Assembly: GCA_003212795.1 (NCBI GenBank)
Contig: QCOV01000001.1
Span: forward strand, 27,321-91,320
Source: OCS116 cluster bacterium AG-435-F03
GTDB taxonomy: Bacteria > Pseudomonadota > Alphaproteobacteria > MED-G09
DNA: 64,000 nucleotides
Direction of reading: 5' to 3'
Shown one piece after another: positions 30,773 through 41,912 of the stretch. The notes beneath the pieces were generated by a model. That model ran no database searches and was not told the origin of the DNA. It was given only the letters and a program-made list of their open reading frames with translations. The first letter of the stretch is position 1. Each line of letters starts with the position of its first letter. The position numbers and the translations under genes are program-made.

Positions 30773-32146
30773 ATGACTGATAAAATTAAACCAAATTCAT
30801 ATGCAGCCTTAGATGCTGCACATCATTTTCATCCTTATTCTAATGCTAAAAGAATTGAAAATCAGGGACCAATGGTTATTGCAAAAGGTAAGGGAATAAA
30901 GGTTTGGGATGATCAAGGTAACGAATACATTGAAGCTATGGCAGGCTTATGGTCAGTAGCAGTTGGATTTGGTGAAGAAAGACTTGTAGAGGCAGCAAAG
31001 AAGCAACTTGAAACATTACCTTATTATCATTCATTTACACATAAATCTCACCCCGCAGTTGCTCAGCTTTCGCAAAAATTAACTGAAATTGTTGGTTTGA
31101 ATATGACTCATGCTCATTATACAAATTCTGGATCTGAAGCAAATGACTCTGCTATGAAAATGATATGGTATTACAATAACGCCTTGAATAGACCTGAGAA
31201 GAAAAAAATTATATCAAGATTTAAGGCTTATCATGGAATAACAATAGCATCAGGAAGTCTTACTGGTATTCCTTTAATGCATAATGATTTTGATTTACCA
31301 ATTAAACAGGTTCTACATACTAGATGCCCTCATTATTGGAGAGAAGGTCAAGAGGGCGAAACTGAAGAAGAGTTTGCTACTAGATGCGCAAAGGAACTAG
31401 AGGATTTAATTATTAAAGAGGGCCCAGAAACTATTGCAGCTTTTTTTGGGGAACCTGTAATGGGTGCTGGAGGATTAATTGTACCTCCAAAAACATATTG
31501 GAAGAAGATTCAAGAAGTATGCAAGAAATACGATATTTTAATTGTTGCTGATGAAGTTATTAATGGTTTTGGTAGAACGGGAAAAAGATTCGCTTGTGAG
31601 CTTTATGGCATAGAGCCGGATCTAATAATTTTATCAAAACAAATTACATCAAATTATATACCAATGGGTGTAGTTCTGATGACAGATAAAATATATGAAC
31701 CTATTGCTGAAAATACTGTTAAAAACAATCTTTATGGAAGCGGGTTTACTTCTGCTGGACACCCTGTTGCATGTGCAGTTGCCCTTGAAAACATTAAAAT
31801 CCTTGAAGAAGAAGGTCTTATGGAAAGAGTTTCATCTTTAGAACCAGCTTTTCAAGAAAGACTAAAAAATTTAGAAAAAAAGGAATTAGTTGGAGAAGCA
31901 AGAGGTGTAGGTTTAATGGGTGCAGTAGAATTAGTAAAAGATAAAGAAACTTTTGCTCCTTTTGATCCTATAGGAAGTGCAGGCCCTGTTTTAGCTGAAG
32001 TTGGTCACAGTGAAGGTATAATTTTGAGAGCTATTGGAGATGTATTAGCTGTTTGTCCGCCTCTCATTATAAAAGAAAATGAAATTCATGAGTTGTTTGA
32101 TAGATTTGAAAATACTCTTGATAAAGGACTTCAGGCAGTTAAATAA
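30773..32146 (+). CDS. Class III PLP aminotransferase (omega-amino acid/putrescine:pyruvate type)
   Basis: AGLWS, NSGSEAND, ADEVINGFGRTG, PLP Lys in SKQ. Confidence 0.9.
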   Translation: MTDKIKPNSYAALDAAHHFHPYSNAKRIENQGPMVIAKGKGIKVWDDQGNEYIEAMAGLWSVAVGFGEERLVEAAKKQLETLPYYHSFTHKSHPAVAQLSQKLTEIVGLNMTHAHYTNSGSEANDSAMKMIWYYNNALNRPEKKKIISRFKAYHGITIASGSLTGIPLMHNDFDLPIKQVLHTRCPHYWREGQEGETEEEFATRCAKELEDLIIKEGPETIAAFFGEPVMGAGGLIVPPKTYWKKIQEVCKKYDILIVADEVINGFGRTGKRFACELYGIEPDLIILSKQITSNYIPMGVVLMTDKIYEPIAENTVKNNLYGSGFTSAGHPVACAVALENIKILEEEGLMERVSSLEPAFQERLKNLEKKELVGEARGVGLMGAVELVKDKETFAPFDPIGSAGPVLAEVGHSEGIILRAIGDVLAVCPPLIIKENEIHELFDRFENTLDKGLQAVK

Positions 32147-33109
32147 TTAAAAAACTTCAAGAATAATTTTTCCAATATTATTGTTATTTTCCATTATTTT
32201 ATGTGCTTGATCTGCTTCTTTAATAGGTAATTTCTTATAAATGATAGGTTTAATTATTTTTTTTTCGAAATGATCCCAAATATTTTCATGTAACGCGCTC
32301 ATCACTTTACCTTTTACCTCAATTGATCTTGATCTAATTGTTGATCCAATAATTTTTTGTCTTTTCATTAATAGATGACCAATATTTATCTTTCCATTAA
32401 CTCCGCCTAAAATTCCAATAATAATTAATCTTCCATCAATAGCTAAATTATTTAAGTTTTCTTCAAAATAATTTGCGCCAACAGGATCGAGTATAATATC
32501 TAATCCAGAAGGGCAAAGGTCTTTAAAACTTTTAAATGAATTTTCTAATCTAACAGTGCCAGCGCTAGAACCAAGATCTATACAGAATTCAACTTTTTCT
32601 TCACTTCCAGCAGTTATATATGACTCACATTGAAAAATATTACAAAGTTGAATTCCTGCAGTTCCTATTCCACTAGCACCAGCATGAAATAAAACTTTTT
32701 CACCCTTTTTTAAATTACCTTCCATAAATAAATTCAGCCAACAAGTTGCAAAAACTTCTGGTATAGCTGCACCATCGCTTAAGTTTATATTTTTAGGAAG
32801 AGGAAGAGTTTGAACTTCGGGACATGAAACATACTCTGCATATCCACCTCCAGCAAGTAATGCAACAACTTCATCACCTACTTTTCTGTTAACAACATCT
32901 CTCCCAATTTCTTGAATGATCCCACTGCATTCAAGTCCAAGAATTTCACTTGCTCCAGGAGGAGCAGGGTATAGTCCTGCTCTTTGGGCAAGGTCTGCTC
33001 TATTAACAGCAGTGGATTTAACTTTAATAATGACTTCATTATCCTTACAATCTGGATCCTCGTTGTCCACCCAGTTGAGTTTTTTGTCAGCTATTACAAT
33101 TGCTTTCAT
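32147..33109 (-). CDS. NAD(P)H-quinone oxidoreductase, PIG3 family
   Basis: VNRADLAQRAGLYPAPPG, HAGASGIG, GSTIRSR. Confidence 0.9.
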   Translation of the reverse strand: MKAIVIADKKLNWVDNEDPDCKDNEVIIKVKSTAVNRADLAQRAGLYPAPPGASEILGLECSGIIQEIGRDVVNRKVGDEVVALLAGGGYAEYVSCPEVQTLPLPKNINLSDGAAIPEVFATCWLNLFMEGNLKKGEKVLFHAGASGIGTAGIQLCNIFQCESYITAGSEEKVEFCIDLGSSAGTVRLENSFKSFKDLCPSGLDIILDPVGANYFEENLNNLAIDGRLIIIGILGGVNGKINIGHLLMKRQKIIGSTIRSRSIEVKGKVMSALHENIWDHFEKKIIKPIIYKKLPIKEADQAHKIMENNNNIGKIILEVF

Positions 33110-33113
33110 GAAT

Positions 33114-35075
33114 TTATTTATTTTGTCTATTTTCTATTAATTCATCAACTACCATCGGTTCTGCTAGCGTTGATGTATCACCTAATTCTGAATAGTCATT
33201 TTCAGCGATTTTTCTTAAGATACGACGCATGATTTTTCCTGATCTTGTTTTAGGTAAATTTGGTGCAAATTGAATTAAATCTGGGCTAGCTATTGGACCA
33301 ATTTCTTTTCTAACCCAGTTTATTAATGCTTTTCTAATTTCTTCGTTACCGTTTTCTCCAGCATTAAGTGTTACATATGCATAAATTCCTTGACCTTTAA
33401 TTTCATGAGGAAAGCCTACAACAGCGGCTTCAGATACTTTTTCATGAGAAACTAGGGCGCTTTCTACTTCAGCTGTCCCCATTCTATGACCAGAAACATT
33501 TATAACATCATCTACTCTTCCAGTTATCCAATAATAGCCGTCTTCGTCTCTTTTACATCCATCTCCAGTGAAATAGTAACCATTGTATTGACTAAAATAA
33601 GTTTCAATAAATCTTTTATGATCCCCATAAACAGTTCGCATTTGTCCAGGCCAACTATCGGCTATACATAAATTCCCTTCATTTTCACCTTCTAAAATAT
33701 TTCCTTTAGAGTCTAGGAGGACAGGCCTTACTCCTGGTAGAGGTTTTGAGGCTGATCCCGGTTTTAAATCTGTAGCACCAGGTAGGGGCGAGATTAATGT
33801 TGCCCCAGTTTCTGTTTGCCACCAGGTATCAACTATTGGGCATTTTTTTTCTCCCACTATATTAAAATACCACATCCAAGCTTCTGGATTAATTGGTTCT
33901 CCAACAGTACCAAGTAATCGTATACTTTTTCTACTAGTTGATTTGACTGGTGCATCTCCCTCTTTCATAAGAGCTCTTATTGCTGTTGGAGCAGTATAAA
34001 AAATATTCACACTATGTTTATCGCATACTTCCCAAAACCTTGAATTAGATGGATAATTTGGTACTCCTTCAAACATTAAAGTAGTGGCTCCATTAGCTAG
34101 AGGCCCATAAACTATATAAGAATGCCCAGTCACCCAACCAACATCAGCAGTACACCAATAAATATCCTTATCATGATAATCAAAAATTATTTCATGAGTA
34201 TATGATGCATAGACTATATAACCACCGGTTGTATGAAGAACACCTTTGGGCTTACCTGTTGAACCGCTAGTATAAAGAATAAAAAGTGGATCTTCTGCAT
34301 TCATTTCTTCAGGAGGACATTCATCACCAACAAGTTCAACTGCCTCATGATACCAAAGATCTCTATCTTCTTTCATTTCAATGTCTCCACCAGTTCTTTT
34401 AACAACAAAGACATTTTTTACATCTGGGCATTGCTCAAGAGCTTTATCCGAATTAACTTTTAATGGTACAATTTTGCCACCCCTTATTCCTTCATCAGCA
34501 GTTATTAAGAATTTAGAATCACAGTCAAGTATTCTGCCAGCAAGTGCATCAGGAGAAAAGCCTCCGAAAACAACAGAGTGAATTGCTCCAATTCTTGAAC
34601 AAGCTAACATTGCATATGCGGCTTCAGGTATCATAGGCATGTATATTGTAACTCTATCACCTTTTTGAACACCATAGTGTTTCATCATATTTGCAAATTT
34701 AGAAACTTTTTGGTGTAATTCTTTATATGTGATTTTTTTTGACTCATTTGGATCATCACCTTCCCAAATAATCGCAATTTGATCAGATTTATCTGATAAA
34801 TGTCTATCGATACAATTATAACTCGCATTCAAGGTTCCATCATAAAACCATTTAATATTTACATCGTTGTTGGACCATGTCACATCTTTGACCATCGTAT
34901 AAGGTTTTATCCAGTTTATTCTTTTCCCTTCTTTTTCCCAAAAGGCTTCAGGATTATCCAAAGCAAATTTATAAGCTTCTTCATATTTATCTTTAGTTAA
35001 ATGAGCGCTATCTTTAAAATTTTCAAATACTGGTATTTTGATATTATCGGACATTTTAAAATTATAATTCTTCAT
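33114..35075 (-). CDS. acs: Acetyl-CoA synthetase
   Basis: [31 protein letters not shown]; start may be ATG at 35054. Confidence 0.96.
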   Translation of the reverse strand: MKNYNFKMSDNIKIPVFENFKDSAHLTKDKYEEAYKFALDNPEAFWEKEGKRINWIKPYTMVKDVTWSNNDVNIKWFYDGTLNASYNCIDRHLSDKSDQIAIIWEGDDPNESKKITYKELHQKVSKFANMMKHYGVQKGDRVTIYMPMIPEAAYAMLACSRIGAIHSVVFGGFSPDALAGRILDCDSKFLITADEGIRGGKIVPLKVNSDKALEQCPDVKNVFVVKRTGGDIEMKEDRDLWYHEAVELVGDECPPEEMNAEDPLFILYTSGSTGKPKGVLHTTGGYIVYASYTHEIIFDYHDKDIYWCTADVGWVTGHSYIVYGPLANGATTLMFEGVPNYPSNSRFWEVCDKHSVNIFYTAPTAIRALMKEGDAPVKSTSRKSIRLLGTVGEPINPEAWMWYFNIVGEKKCPIVDTWWQTETGATLISPLPGATDLKPGSASKPLPGVRPVLLDSKGNILEGENEGNLCIADSWPGQMRTVYGDHKRFIETYFSQYNGYYFTGDGCKRDEDGYYWITGRVDDVINVSGHRMGTAEVESALVSHEKVSEAAVVGFPHEIKGQGIYAYVTLNAGENGNEEIRKALINWVRKEIGPIASPDLIQFAPNLPKTRSGKIMRRILRKIAENDYSELGDTSTLAEPMVVDELIENRQNK

Positions 35076-35952
35076 TCAGTAATTTAATTACACCTGAGAA
35101 ATCTAAATTATCAGTTCCATTCTTTTCCATTTCTTCATAAATAGCAGTAGCCTTTTCGCCTAAAGGTGTTCTTGAGTTTGAAAAAGAAGATGCTTCTTGT
35201 GATAATCTAAGGTCTTTCAACATCAATGCAGCAGAAAATCCAGGTTTATAGTCATTATTTGCCGGGCTAGTAGGAACTGGGCCAGGAACAGGACAATAGC
35301 TTGTCATCGACCAACATTGACCTGATGCTGTAGAGGCAATATCAAAAAAAGTAGATGCATCTAAACCTAAATTTTTTGCAAGATTAAATGCTTCAGAAGT
35401 TCCAATCATTGATATTGCTAAAAGCATATTATTAGCTATTTTTGCTACCTGTCCATTTCCTGCTTGACCAGCATGTATAACATTTCCGCCCATAATATCT
35501 AAAAATTCTTTTGCCTTATTAAATGCATCAGTATCTCCACCAACCATAAAAGTTAATGTTCCTGCTTCTGCACCAGTAACGCCTCCAGAAACTGGTGCAT
35601 CAAGCATTTTTAAGTTATTTTCGTTTGCATCTTTTTCAACTTCACGCGAAGTCTCAACATCTATTGTAGATGAATCAATTAGGAGTAAATTATTATCAGC
35701 ATTCTTTATAATTCCATCATCACCCATATAAATTGTTTTTACATGTTTTCCTGAGGGAAGCATTGTTATTGCAGTATCAGATTTTTTTAATGCGCTAGGT
35801 ATATTTTCCTCTTTATTTCCACCTGCAGCAATAAATTGATTCATTTGCTCCTCAGACAGATCGAAGCCATAAACTGTGTGTCCAGCCTTAATCAGGTTTT
35901 TTGCCATAGGAAGCCCCATGTTGCCCAAACCTATAAAAGTTATATTTGCCAT
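35062..35952 (-). CDS. mmsB: 3-hydroxyisobutyrate dehydrogenase
   Basis: [30 protein letters not shown]. Confidence 0.94.
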   Translation of the reverse strand: MANITFIGLGNMGLPMAKNLIKAGHTVYGFDLSEEQMNQFIAAGGNKEENIPSALKKSDTAITMLPSGKHVKTIYMGDDGIIKNADNNLLLIDSSTIDVETSREVEKDANENNLKMLDAPVSGGVTGAEAGTLTFMVGGDTDAFNKAKEFLDIMGGNVIHAGQAGNGQVAKIANNMLLAISMIGTSEAFNLAKNLGLDASTFFDIASTASGQCWSMTSYCPVPGPVPTSPANNDYKPGFSAALMLKDLRLSQEASSFSNSRTPLGEKATAIYEEMEKNGTDNLDFSGVIKLLNEEL

Positions 35953-35954
35953 CT

Positions 35955-36998
35955 TTACCTCGTATTAAAATTTAACTCATTATTTTCTAAATTTTTGAAA
36001 AATTCATCTATTGTTTCATCTGAAATTTCATCAATATTTCTTGGCTTCCATAAAGGTTTATTGTCTTTATCTATTATGAGAGCTCTCACACCTTCATAAA
36101 AGTCATGATCAGACATTACTTTTGAAACCATTCTATATTCCATTCTCATACAATCTTCAAAATCTAATTCTGCTCCATTTTTTATTTGTCTAAAAGTAAT
36201 TTTAAGAGATGTTGGGGATTTAGATTTTAATAAGCTAAGATTTTTTTGAGCAAAATCAGATTGATCACTCTCTAATTTATTAATAATTTCTTCAAGACTA
36301 TCTCCAGAAAAAAGTTTATTAATTTCTTCAAAATTATTTTTAAGATCTGAGTTAATCTTATTAGAATGAAATGATGAAAGAATTTCAGTTGGTGAAGAGC
36401 CTTCAGATAATTTATTAAATATTTCGTCATAATTTTCTGACTCAATGTAATATTCTGCAATACCCAGTTCAATTGCATCAGATGATTTAATACGACTTCC
36501 TGTTAAGGCTAGATACATACCAACATTATCTCTTAATCGCGATAGAAAAAAACTTCCTCCAACATCTGGAAATAGGCCAATCCCTGTTTCAGGCATTGCA
36601 AATGAGTAATTTTCTCCAGCTACTCTAAAAGCACCGTGCACCGAAACACCAACGCCTCCACCCATCACAATGCCATTAACAAATGATGCATATGGCTTAG
36701 AGTATGATTTTATTAATTGATTGAGTTGGTATTCTTCATAATAAAAACCAGTTGCTTTTTTATCATTGCTTTTCCCCCAATCATAAAGTGCCCTTATGTC
36801 TCCACCAGCACAAAACGCTTTATCACCAGTTGCGGTGACTGCTACAGTTTTGACTTCATCATCATTCTCCCAAATTTTAAGTTTTGGATGAATTTCTCTG
36901 ACCATTTTTAATGTTAATGCGTTTAATGCGTCTGGCCTATTAAGTGTAATAAGACCTAAAGAACCTTTTTTTTCAAAAAAGACTTCTTCAACGCTCAT
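35955..36998 (-). CDS. 3-hydroxyisobutyryl-CoA hydrolase (crotonase fold)
   Basis: AFCAGGDI, MGGGVG, MPETGIGLFPDVG, DFYEGVRA. Confidence 0.9.
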   Translation of the reverse strand: MSVEEVFFEKKGSLGLITLNRPDALNALTLKMVREIHPKLKIWENDDEVKTVAVTATGDKAFCAGGDIRALYDWGKSNDKKATGFYYEEYQLNQLIKSYSKPYASFVNGIVMGGGVGVSVHGAFRVAGENYSFAMPETGIGLFPDVGGSFFLSRLRDNVGMYLALTGSRIKSSDAIELGIAEYYIESENYDEIFNKLSEGSSPTEILSSFHSNKINSDLKNNFEEINKLFSGDSLEEIINKLESDQSDFAQKNLSLLKSKSPTSLKITFRQIKNGAELDFEDCMRMEYRMVSKVMSDHDFYEGVRALIIDKDNKPLWKPRNIDEISDETIDEFFKNLENNELNFNTR

Positions 36999-38125
36999 TT
37001 ATTTTCCTTGAGTATTTCTCTAGCTATGATGACTCTCATGATCTCATTAGTTCCTTCAAGAATTTGATGTACTCTTAAATCCCTAAGATTTCTTTCCAGA
37101 GGATAATCTTTCAAATAACCGTAACCTCCATGAATTTGTAATGCTTCATTCACAATGTTAAAGCCTGCATCAGTAACAAATCTTTTTGCCATAGCTGCTG
37201 CTTTTGTTTTATCCGATGTATTATCATCAACTTTTATTGCAGCTTCCCTTAGGATCAATCTTGAGGCTTCTAATTCAGTACACATATCTGCGAGTTTAAA
37301 TTGGAGAGCTTGAAATTCTTGTAATTTTTTTCCAAATTGTTCTCTTTCACCAACATATTGAACAGCTCTTTCATATGCTGATTGTGCTGTGCCAAGAGAG
37401 CAGGCAGCAATATTAAGTCTGCCTCCATCTAATCCCATCATAGCAATTTTAAAACCATCACCTTCTTGTCCAATTAGATTTTCCACAGGAACTTTACAAT
37501 CTTCAAAAATTACTTGAGCTGTGGGTTGAGAATTCCAGCCCATCTTCTTTTCTTGTCCACCAAATGAAAGGCCTTCACTATCTTTTTCTATAACAAGGGT
37601 CGAGATAGAGTTTTCATCGGTTTTAACCATTGTAACATATACATCAGAAAAACCTCCGCCAGAAATAAATGATTTAGTCCCATTCAAAATATAATGGTCG
37701 CCAGATTTTTCTGCTTTTGTTCTTAAACCACCGGCATCTGATCCTGCGCCTGGTTCAGTTAAGCAATATGAACTTATTTTTTTCATAGAACAAAGATCAG
37801 GAACAAAACGTTCTTTTAACTCCTGACTTCCAAAATTATCTATCATCCATGTTGCCATATTATGTATAGATAAAAATGCGGCTGTAGATGTGCAACCTTG
37901 ACTAAGGCCTTCAAAAATTAATGTTGAATCTAGTCTTGATAATCCTGATCCACCTAAATCAGGAGAAACATAAATACCAGCAAATCCTAATTGTGCTAAT
38001 TCTCGCAATGTTTCTATAGGAAGGATCTTTTCTTCATCCCATTTTTCTGCATGAGGCGCCATTTTTTCAATTGCAAAATTTTTTGCAACATCATAAAAAG
38101 CTATTTGTTCTTCAGATAGTTTCAT
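36995..38125 (-). CDS. Isobutyryl-CoA dehydrogenase (ACAD8-like)
   Basis: SYCLTEPGAGSD, KKMGWNSQPT, HQILEGTNEIMR; valine catabolic context. Confidence 0.88.
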   Translation of the reverse strand: MKLSEEQIAFYDVAKNFAIEKMAPHAEKWDEEKILPIETLRELAQLGFAGIYVSPDLGGSGLSRLDSTLIFEGLSQGCTSTAAFLSIHNMATWMIDNFGSQELKERFVPDLCSMKKISSYCLTEPGAGSDAGGLRTKAEKSGDHYILNGTKSFISGGGFSDVYVTMVKTDENSISTLVIEKDSEGLSFGGQEKKMGWNSQPTAQVIFEDCKVPVENLIGQEGDGFKIAMMGLDGGRLNIAACSLGTAQSAYERAVQYVGEREQFGKKLQEFQALQFKLADMCTELEASRLILREAAIKVDDNTSDKTKAAAMAKRFVTDAGFNIVNEALQIHGGYGYLKDYPLERNLRDLRVHQILEGTNEIMRVIIAREILKENK

Positions 38126-38213
38126 TTTTTTATTACATTTCTAAATAAAAGGTAAGGTATCACTCAATTATAATAAATCAGTTAAATTTAATGACTTTTT
38201 GAAAATAATTAAA

Positions 38214-39668
38214 TTAACTAATTTTATTCATAACATCACCGAAGAGTTCTTCATCAGAAATTAATTCTTTGGTTTGAGGTAATGGTTTTGATACCCATGT
38301 TTCATTAATTAAATCTCTCCAGGAAATATTATTATTGGTTCCGTTTCCACCCCAAGAACCACATCCTAATGAAAATGTTTGTCTCATTCCATTCCATAAG
38401 TTTCCGCTATTTGACGCTGCCTGAGGTTGATTTACCATAACTCTTGATGTCTTAGTAATATTGGCAAGTTTCATTATATTTTCATCACTACTTGAATAAA
38501 TACCACAAGAATGTCCTTGTCCTTGGTAGGATTGGATATTGTTAGTTAGTTCAATAGCATGATCGATATCACTTGCTTTATATAATGCCATTACTACTGA
38601 TAATTTTTCACCTGAAAACAGATTTTCCGGTCCCCATCCATCTTCCGGAACGATTATAAATTCAATATTTTCTGGAATATCTAATCCTGCCATTTCAGCA
38701 ATTTTTTCTGCTGGTTGAGCTACAATGGCTGTATTCAAATGGCCTTCTTCATCCCATATAGTATTACGAAGTTTTTCTTTTTCCTCTGAATTTGCTAAAT
38801 AACCACCTCTTTCCTTAAGCTTTGAAAGCATTTCTTCATAAATCTTTTCTACTAAAATAACTGAATTATCCGCAGAGCATGAGGCTGCTAAATCAAGAGT
38901 TTTTGAAATTTTTATTTTATCAGCTGCATCATCTAAATCAGCAGTTTCATCAACGGTAATAACAGCATTACCAACTCCAACTCCTAGAGCAGGTGTTCCG
39001 CTTGAATAGGCTGCATTAACCATTGCACCGCCTCCAGTAGCAAGCACTCTATCACACTGGGCCATAAGTTCATTGGTAAGTTCTAATGATGGGATTTCAA
39101 TACCTATTACTAAATCAGCTGGTGCCCCACAACTTTCAATTGCCGCTCTCATAAGATCACATATCTTCTTGTTAGTTAGTTTTGCTCTAGGATGAGGAGC
39201 AACAATAATTGAATTTCTTCCTTTGACAGCATGAATGGCTTTAATAACTGGCGTTGCTTCAGGATTTGTAGATGGAGCAAGTGCTCCAATTACACCCATA
39301 GGTTTTGCAATTTTGACAATTTCTCTTTCTTTATCCTCTTCTAAAATTCCAACAGATTTTTCATCAATAATATCCATTAGAGTTGCTCGAGTTTTTCTTT
39401 GTATCTTAAGAAATTTACCTTCGTAGTTCCCTAGCTGAGTTTCATCAACCGTAAATTGAGCGATTTCTTCTGCAACTCCAGGCCTTGCAACACACCAAAC
39501 CATAGCTCGTATAAGTTCATCAACTTGTTCCTGAGTATAATTTTCAATTTGCTTTTGAGCTTCTCTAGATCTTCTAACCAACTCTTGAATTTCTTCCTTT
39601 GGTTCAAGTTCTGATTCATTTACTTGTTTATCCATCAAAATCTCCTCAATTTTAATATTTATATTCAA
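38214..39668 (-). CDS. CoA-acylating aldehyde dehydrogenase (SauS/AdhE-ALDH/EutE type)
   Basis: PSTNP, ATGG, GVGVGN, catalytic SCS, EKLS, LGCGSWGGN; likely start ATG at 39635 after GAGGAG. Confidence 0.85.
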   Translation of the reverse strand: MNINIKIEEILMDKQVNESELEPKEEIQELVRRSREAQKQIENYTQEQVDELIRAMVWCVARPGVAEEIAQFTVDETQLGNYEGKFLKIQRKTRATLMDIIDEKSVGILEEDKEREIVKIAKPMGVIGALAPSTNPEATPVIKAIHAVKGRNSIIVAPHPRAKLTNKKICDLMRAAIESCGAPADLVIGIEIPSLELTNELMAQCDRVLATGGGAMVNAAYSSGTPALGVGVGNAVITVDETADLDDAADKIKISKTLDLAASCSADNSVILVEKIYEEMLSKLKERGGYLANSEEKEKLRNTIWDEEGHLNTAIVAQPAEKIAEMAGLDIPENIEFIIVPEDGWGPENLFSGEKLSVVMALYKASDIDHAIELTNNIQSYQGQGHSCGIYSSSDENIMKLANITKTSRVMVNQPQAASNSGNLWNGMRQTFSLGCGSWGGNGTNNNISWRDLINETWVSKPLPQTKELISDEELFGDVMNKIS

Positions 39669-39727
39669 TCGGTATTAATACACCACTATATAATCTTCGT
39701 CCACGATTCATTAGACAATATAATCAA

Positions 39728-40729
39728 TTAGTTAGTTATTTTTAAAAGTTGTTTTCCTTTATTTTTGCCATCAAAAAGACCTTTAAGAGTATCAGGCGCA
39801 TTCTCAAAACCCTCTCGTAAATCTTCCTTGCAAATTAGTTTTCCATCTTCAATCCATTTTTTCATCTTACTTCTAGCTGAAGCTGTCTCTGACATATAAT
39901 CTAACATCAAAAAACCTTGCATGGTTGCTCTTTTGAAGATTAGATTTGAATAATTTTCAGGTCCGAAATTCATATTATCGGTTTTATGTCTGGATATTAT
40001 TCCACAAATAGCAATTCTTGCATTCAATGCTAAATGCAATAGGCAATCATTTAAAATTCTTCCACCAACATTATCATATACAATATCAGCTCCATTAGGA
40101 CATAGCTTACTTAAGCTTTCATTAAGATCTTGAGATTTATAGTCTATTGCTCCGTCAAACCCAAATTCATTGATAAGCATTTCACACTTTTCTTTTCCTC
40201 CTGCAATACCATAAACTTTGCATCCAGCAATCTTAAAGATTTGCCCAGCTAAAGATCCAACCCCTCCTGCAGCACCAGTTACAATTACAGTATCGCCGGG
40301 ATTTGGTTTACTTATTTTGGTAACTCCAAAATATGCAGTTAATCCTGTGCCACCAAGCGCACCTAAGTATGCTGTAGGCATATCTGTATCTTCAATTATT
40401 TCTATGTCTTCTTCATTCAATATAGGATGAGTTTGCCAACATGTTTGGCCCGAAACAATGTCACCTTTTTTAAATTTTTCGGATTTACTATCTAATACTC
40501 TAGCAATTCCGCTGCAGCGCATTACATCTCCTATTTCAAGAGGTGCCACATAATTAGATATATTTTCCATCCAACCTTTTTGGGCAGGCTGGAATTCAAT
40601 AACCATATTTTCTAGAAGTAATTCACCATCATTAATTTCTCTAGTCTCTTCTTCTTTATACTCAAAGTCATCATCAGATATTGGTCTACCTACCGGCCTA
40701 CCAGCCAGTAGAAATTTTTTATTAATCAT
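39728..40729 (-). CDS. NADP-dependent alkenal/prostaglandin reductase (second paralog)
   Basis: GLTAYFG, TGAAGGVG, YDNVGG, GKNKGKQ. Confidence 0.88.
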   Translation of the reverse strand: MINKKFLLAGRPVGRPISDDDFEYKEEETREINDGELLLENMVIEFQPAQKGWMENISNYVAPLEIGDVMRCSGIARVLDSKSEKFKKGDIVSGQTCWQTHPILNEEDIEIIEDTDMPTAYLGALGGTGLTAYFGVTKISKPNPGDTVIVTGAAGGVGSLAGQIFKIAGCKVYGIAGGKEKCEMLINEFGFDGAIDYKSQDLNESLSKLCPNGADIVYDNVGGRILNDCLLHLALNARIAICGIISRHKTDNMNFGPENYSNLIFKRATMQGFLMLDYMSETASARSKMKKWIEDGKLICKEDLREGFENAPDTLKGLFDGKNKGKQLLKITN

Positions 40730-40753
40730 AATTAATCCTGTAAATTGTTGTTC

Positions 40754-41899
40754 TTAGTTAGTGATAATTGTGCATGCTGAAATACCAGGAGCGCCATAAA
40801 CATGAGTATATGCAGTTTTTGGATTATTGGGCACCTGTCTTTTACCTGCTGCACCTCTTAGTTGGACACAGTTCTCATATACTTGCCTTAAGCCTGAAGC
40901 TCCAACTGGCTCACCATTAGCTATACAACCGCCATCTGTATTTACTGGAAGCTTTCCATCAATGTTTGTATCACCATCTTGAAGCATTTTCTCTTGATCG
41001 CCATCTTTACAAAAACCATTTTCAGCCATATGCATGATCTCAGCTCCTGACTCAGTATCTTGAAGCTGCGCTAGATCAATATCTTCATGACCTATACCTG
41101 CCATCTCAAAAGTTGCTTTTGCTGCTCCAACAGTTGGGCTAGGCCCTCTTTCAATTTCTAGAGAGGGGCTAAAAACTTCAAAAGACCCAAGGGGTCTTGA
41201 TCTAAATGCTGCACCTTTTAGATATAATGGTTTAGAAGTGAATTTGCTCGCAATATCAGCTCTGCATAATATTAAGGCAACGGCGCCTTCGGCAGGTGAG
41301 CAAAACATAAATTTCGTTAGAGGATCAGAAACCATCATACCATTCAATATATCTTCCTTTGAAACAGGATCTCTTCTCCATGCATTAGGATTTAATGAAC
41401 CATTGTTGAATGCTTTTTCTGCAACTAAAGCTAATGCATCAGAGGTAATTCCATAATCATGCATATATCTTTGTATTTTCATTCCAAAAAATTGTGTAGT
41501 AAGCATAAGTCCTGTTTCGCCATACCATTTTTGAAGTCCAGCGGCTTCTGGATCTGCATTAAATGCACCTCGAGGGTGTTTATCAAAACCTACTGCCATT
41601 CCAATATCAAATTGACCAGATTTAATTGTTGTGTAGGCGGATAATAATGCTGAGCCACCAGTTGCGCAGCCATTTGACACATTCATAAATGGGACTCCAG
41701 TTAGCCCAAGTTCACTTACCATTGTATCGGCACTTCCAGCAGCAGATGAACCGCCATAAGCAAATTCTATATCTTTCCATTCTATTTCTGCATCTGATAA
41801 TGCCTCTTTAGCTGCATGAACACCCTGTTGAAGGCCTGATACGCCATCAGTTCTTCCAAATGGATGAATTCCAATTCCAACTATTGCTACATCTGTCAT
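40754..41899 (-). CDS. SCP2-type thiolase-like protein (lipid-transfer protein family)
   Basis: VAIVGIGIHPFGR, NGCATGG, PVNTDGG, GASGLRQ; DUF35 partner upstream. Confidence 0.85.
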   Translation of the reverse strand: MTDVAIVGIGIHPFGRTDGVSGLQQGVHAAKEALSDAEIEWKDIEFAYGGSSAAGSADTMVSELGLTGVPFMNVSNGCATGGSALLSAYTTIKSGQFDIGMAVGFDKHPRGAFNADPEAAGLQKWYGETGLMLTTQFFGMKIQRYMHDYGITSDALALVAEKAFNNGSLNPNAWRRDPVSKEDILNGMMVSDPLTKFMFCSPAEGAVALILCRADIASKFTSKPLYLKGAAFRSRPLGSFEVFSPSLEIERGPSPTVGAAKATFEMAGIGHEDIDLAQLQDTESGAEIMHMAENGFCKDGDQEKMLQDGDTNIDGKLPVNTDGGCIANGEPVGASGLRQVYENCVQLRGAAGKRQVPNNPKTAYTHVYGAPGISACTIITN

Positions 41900-41912
41900 A
41901 ATATATCTCCTA

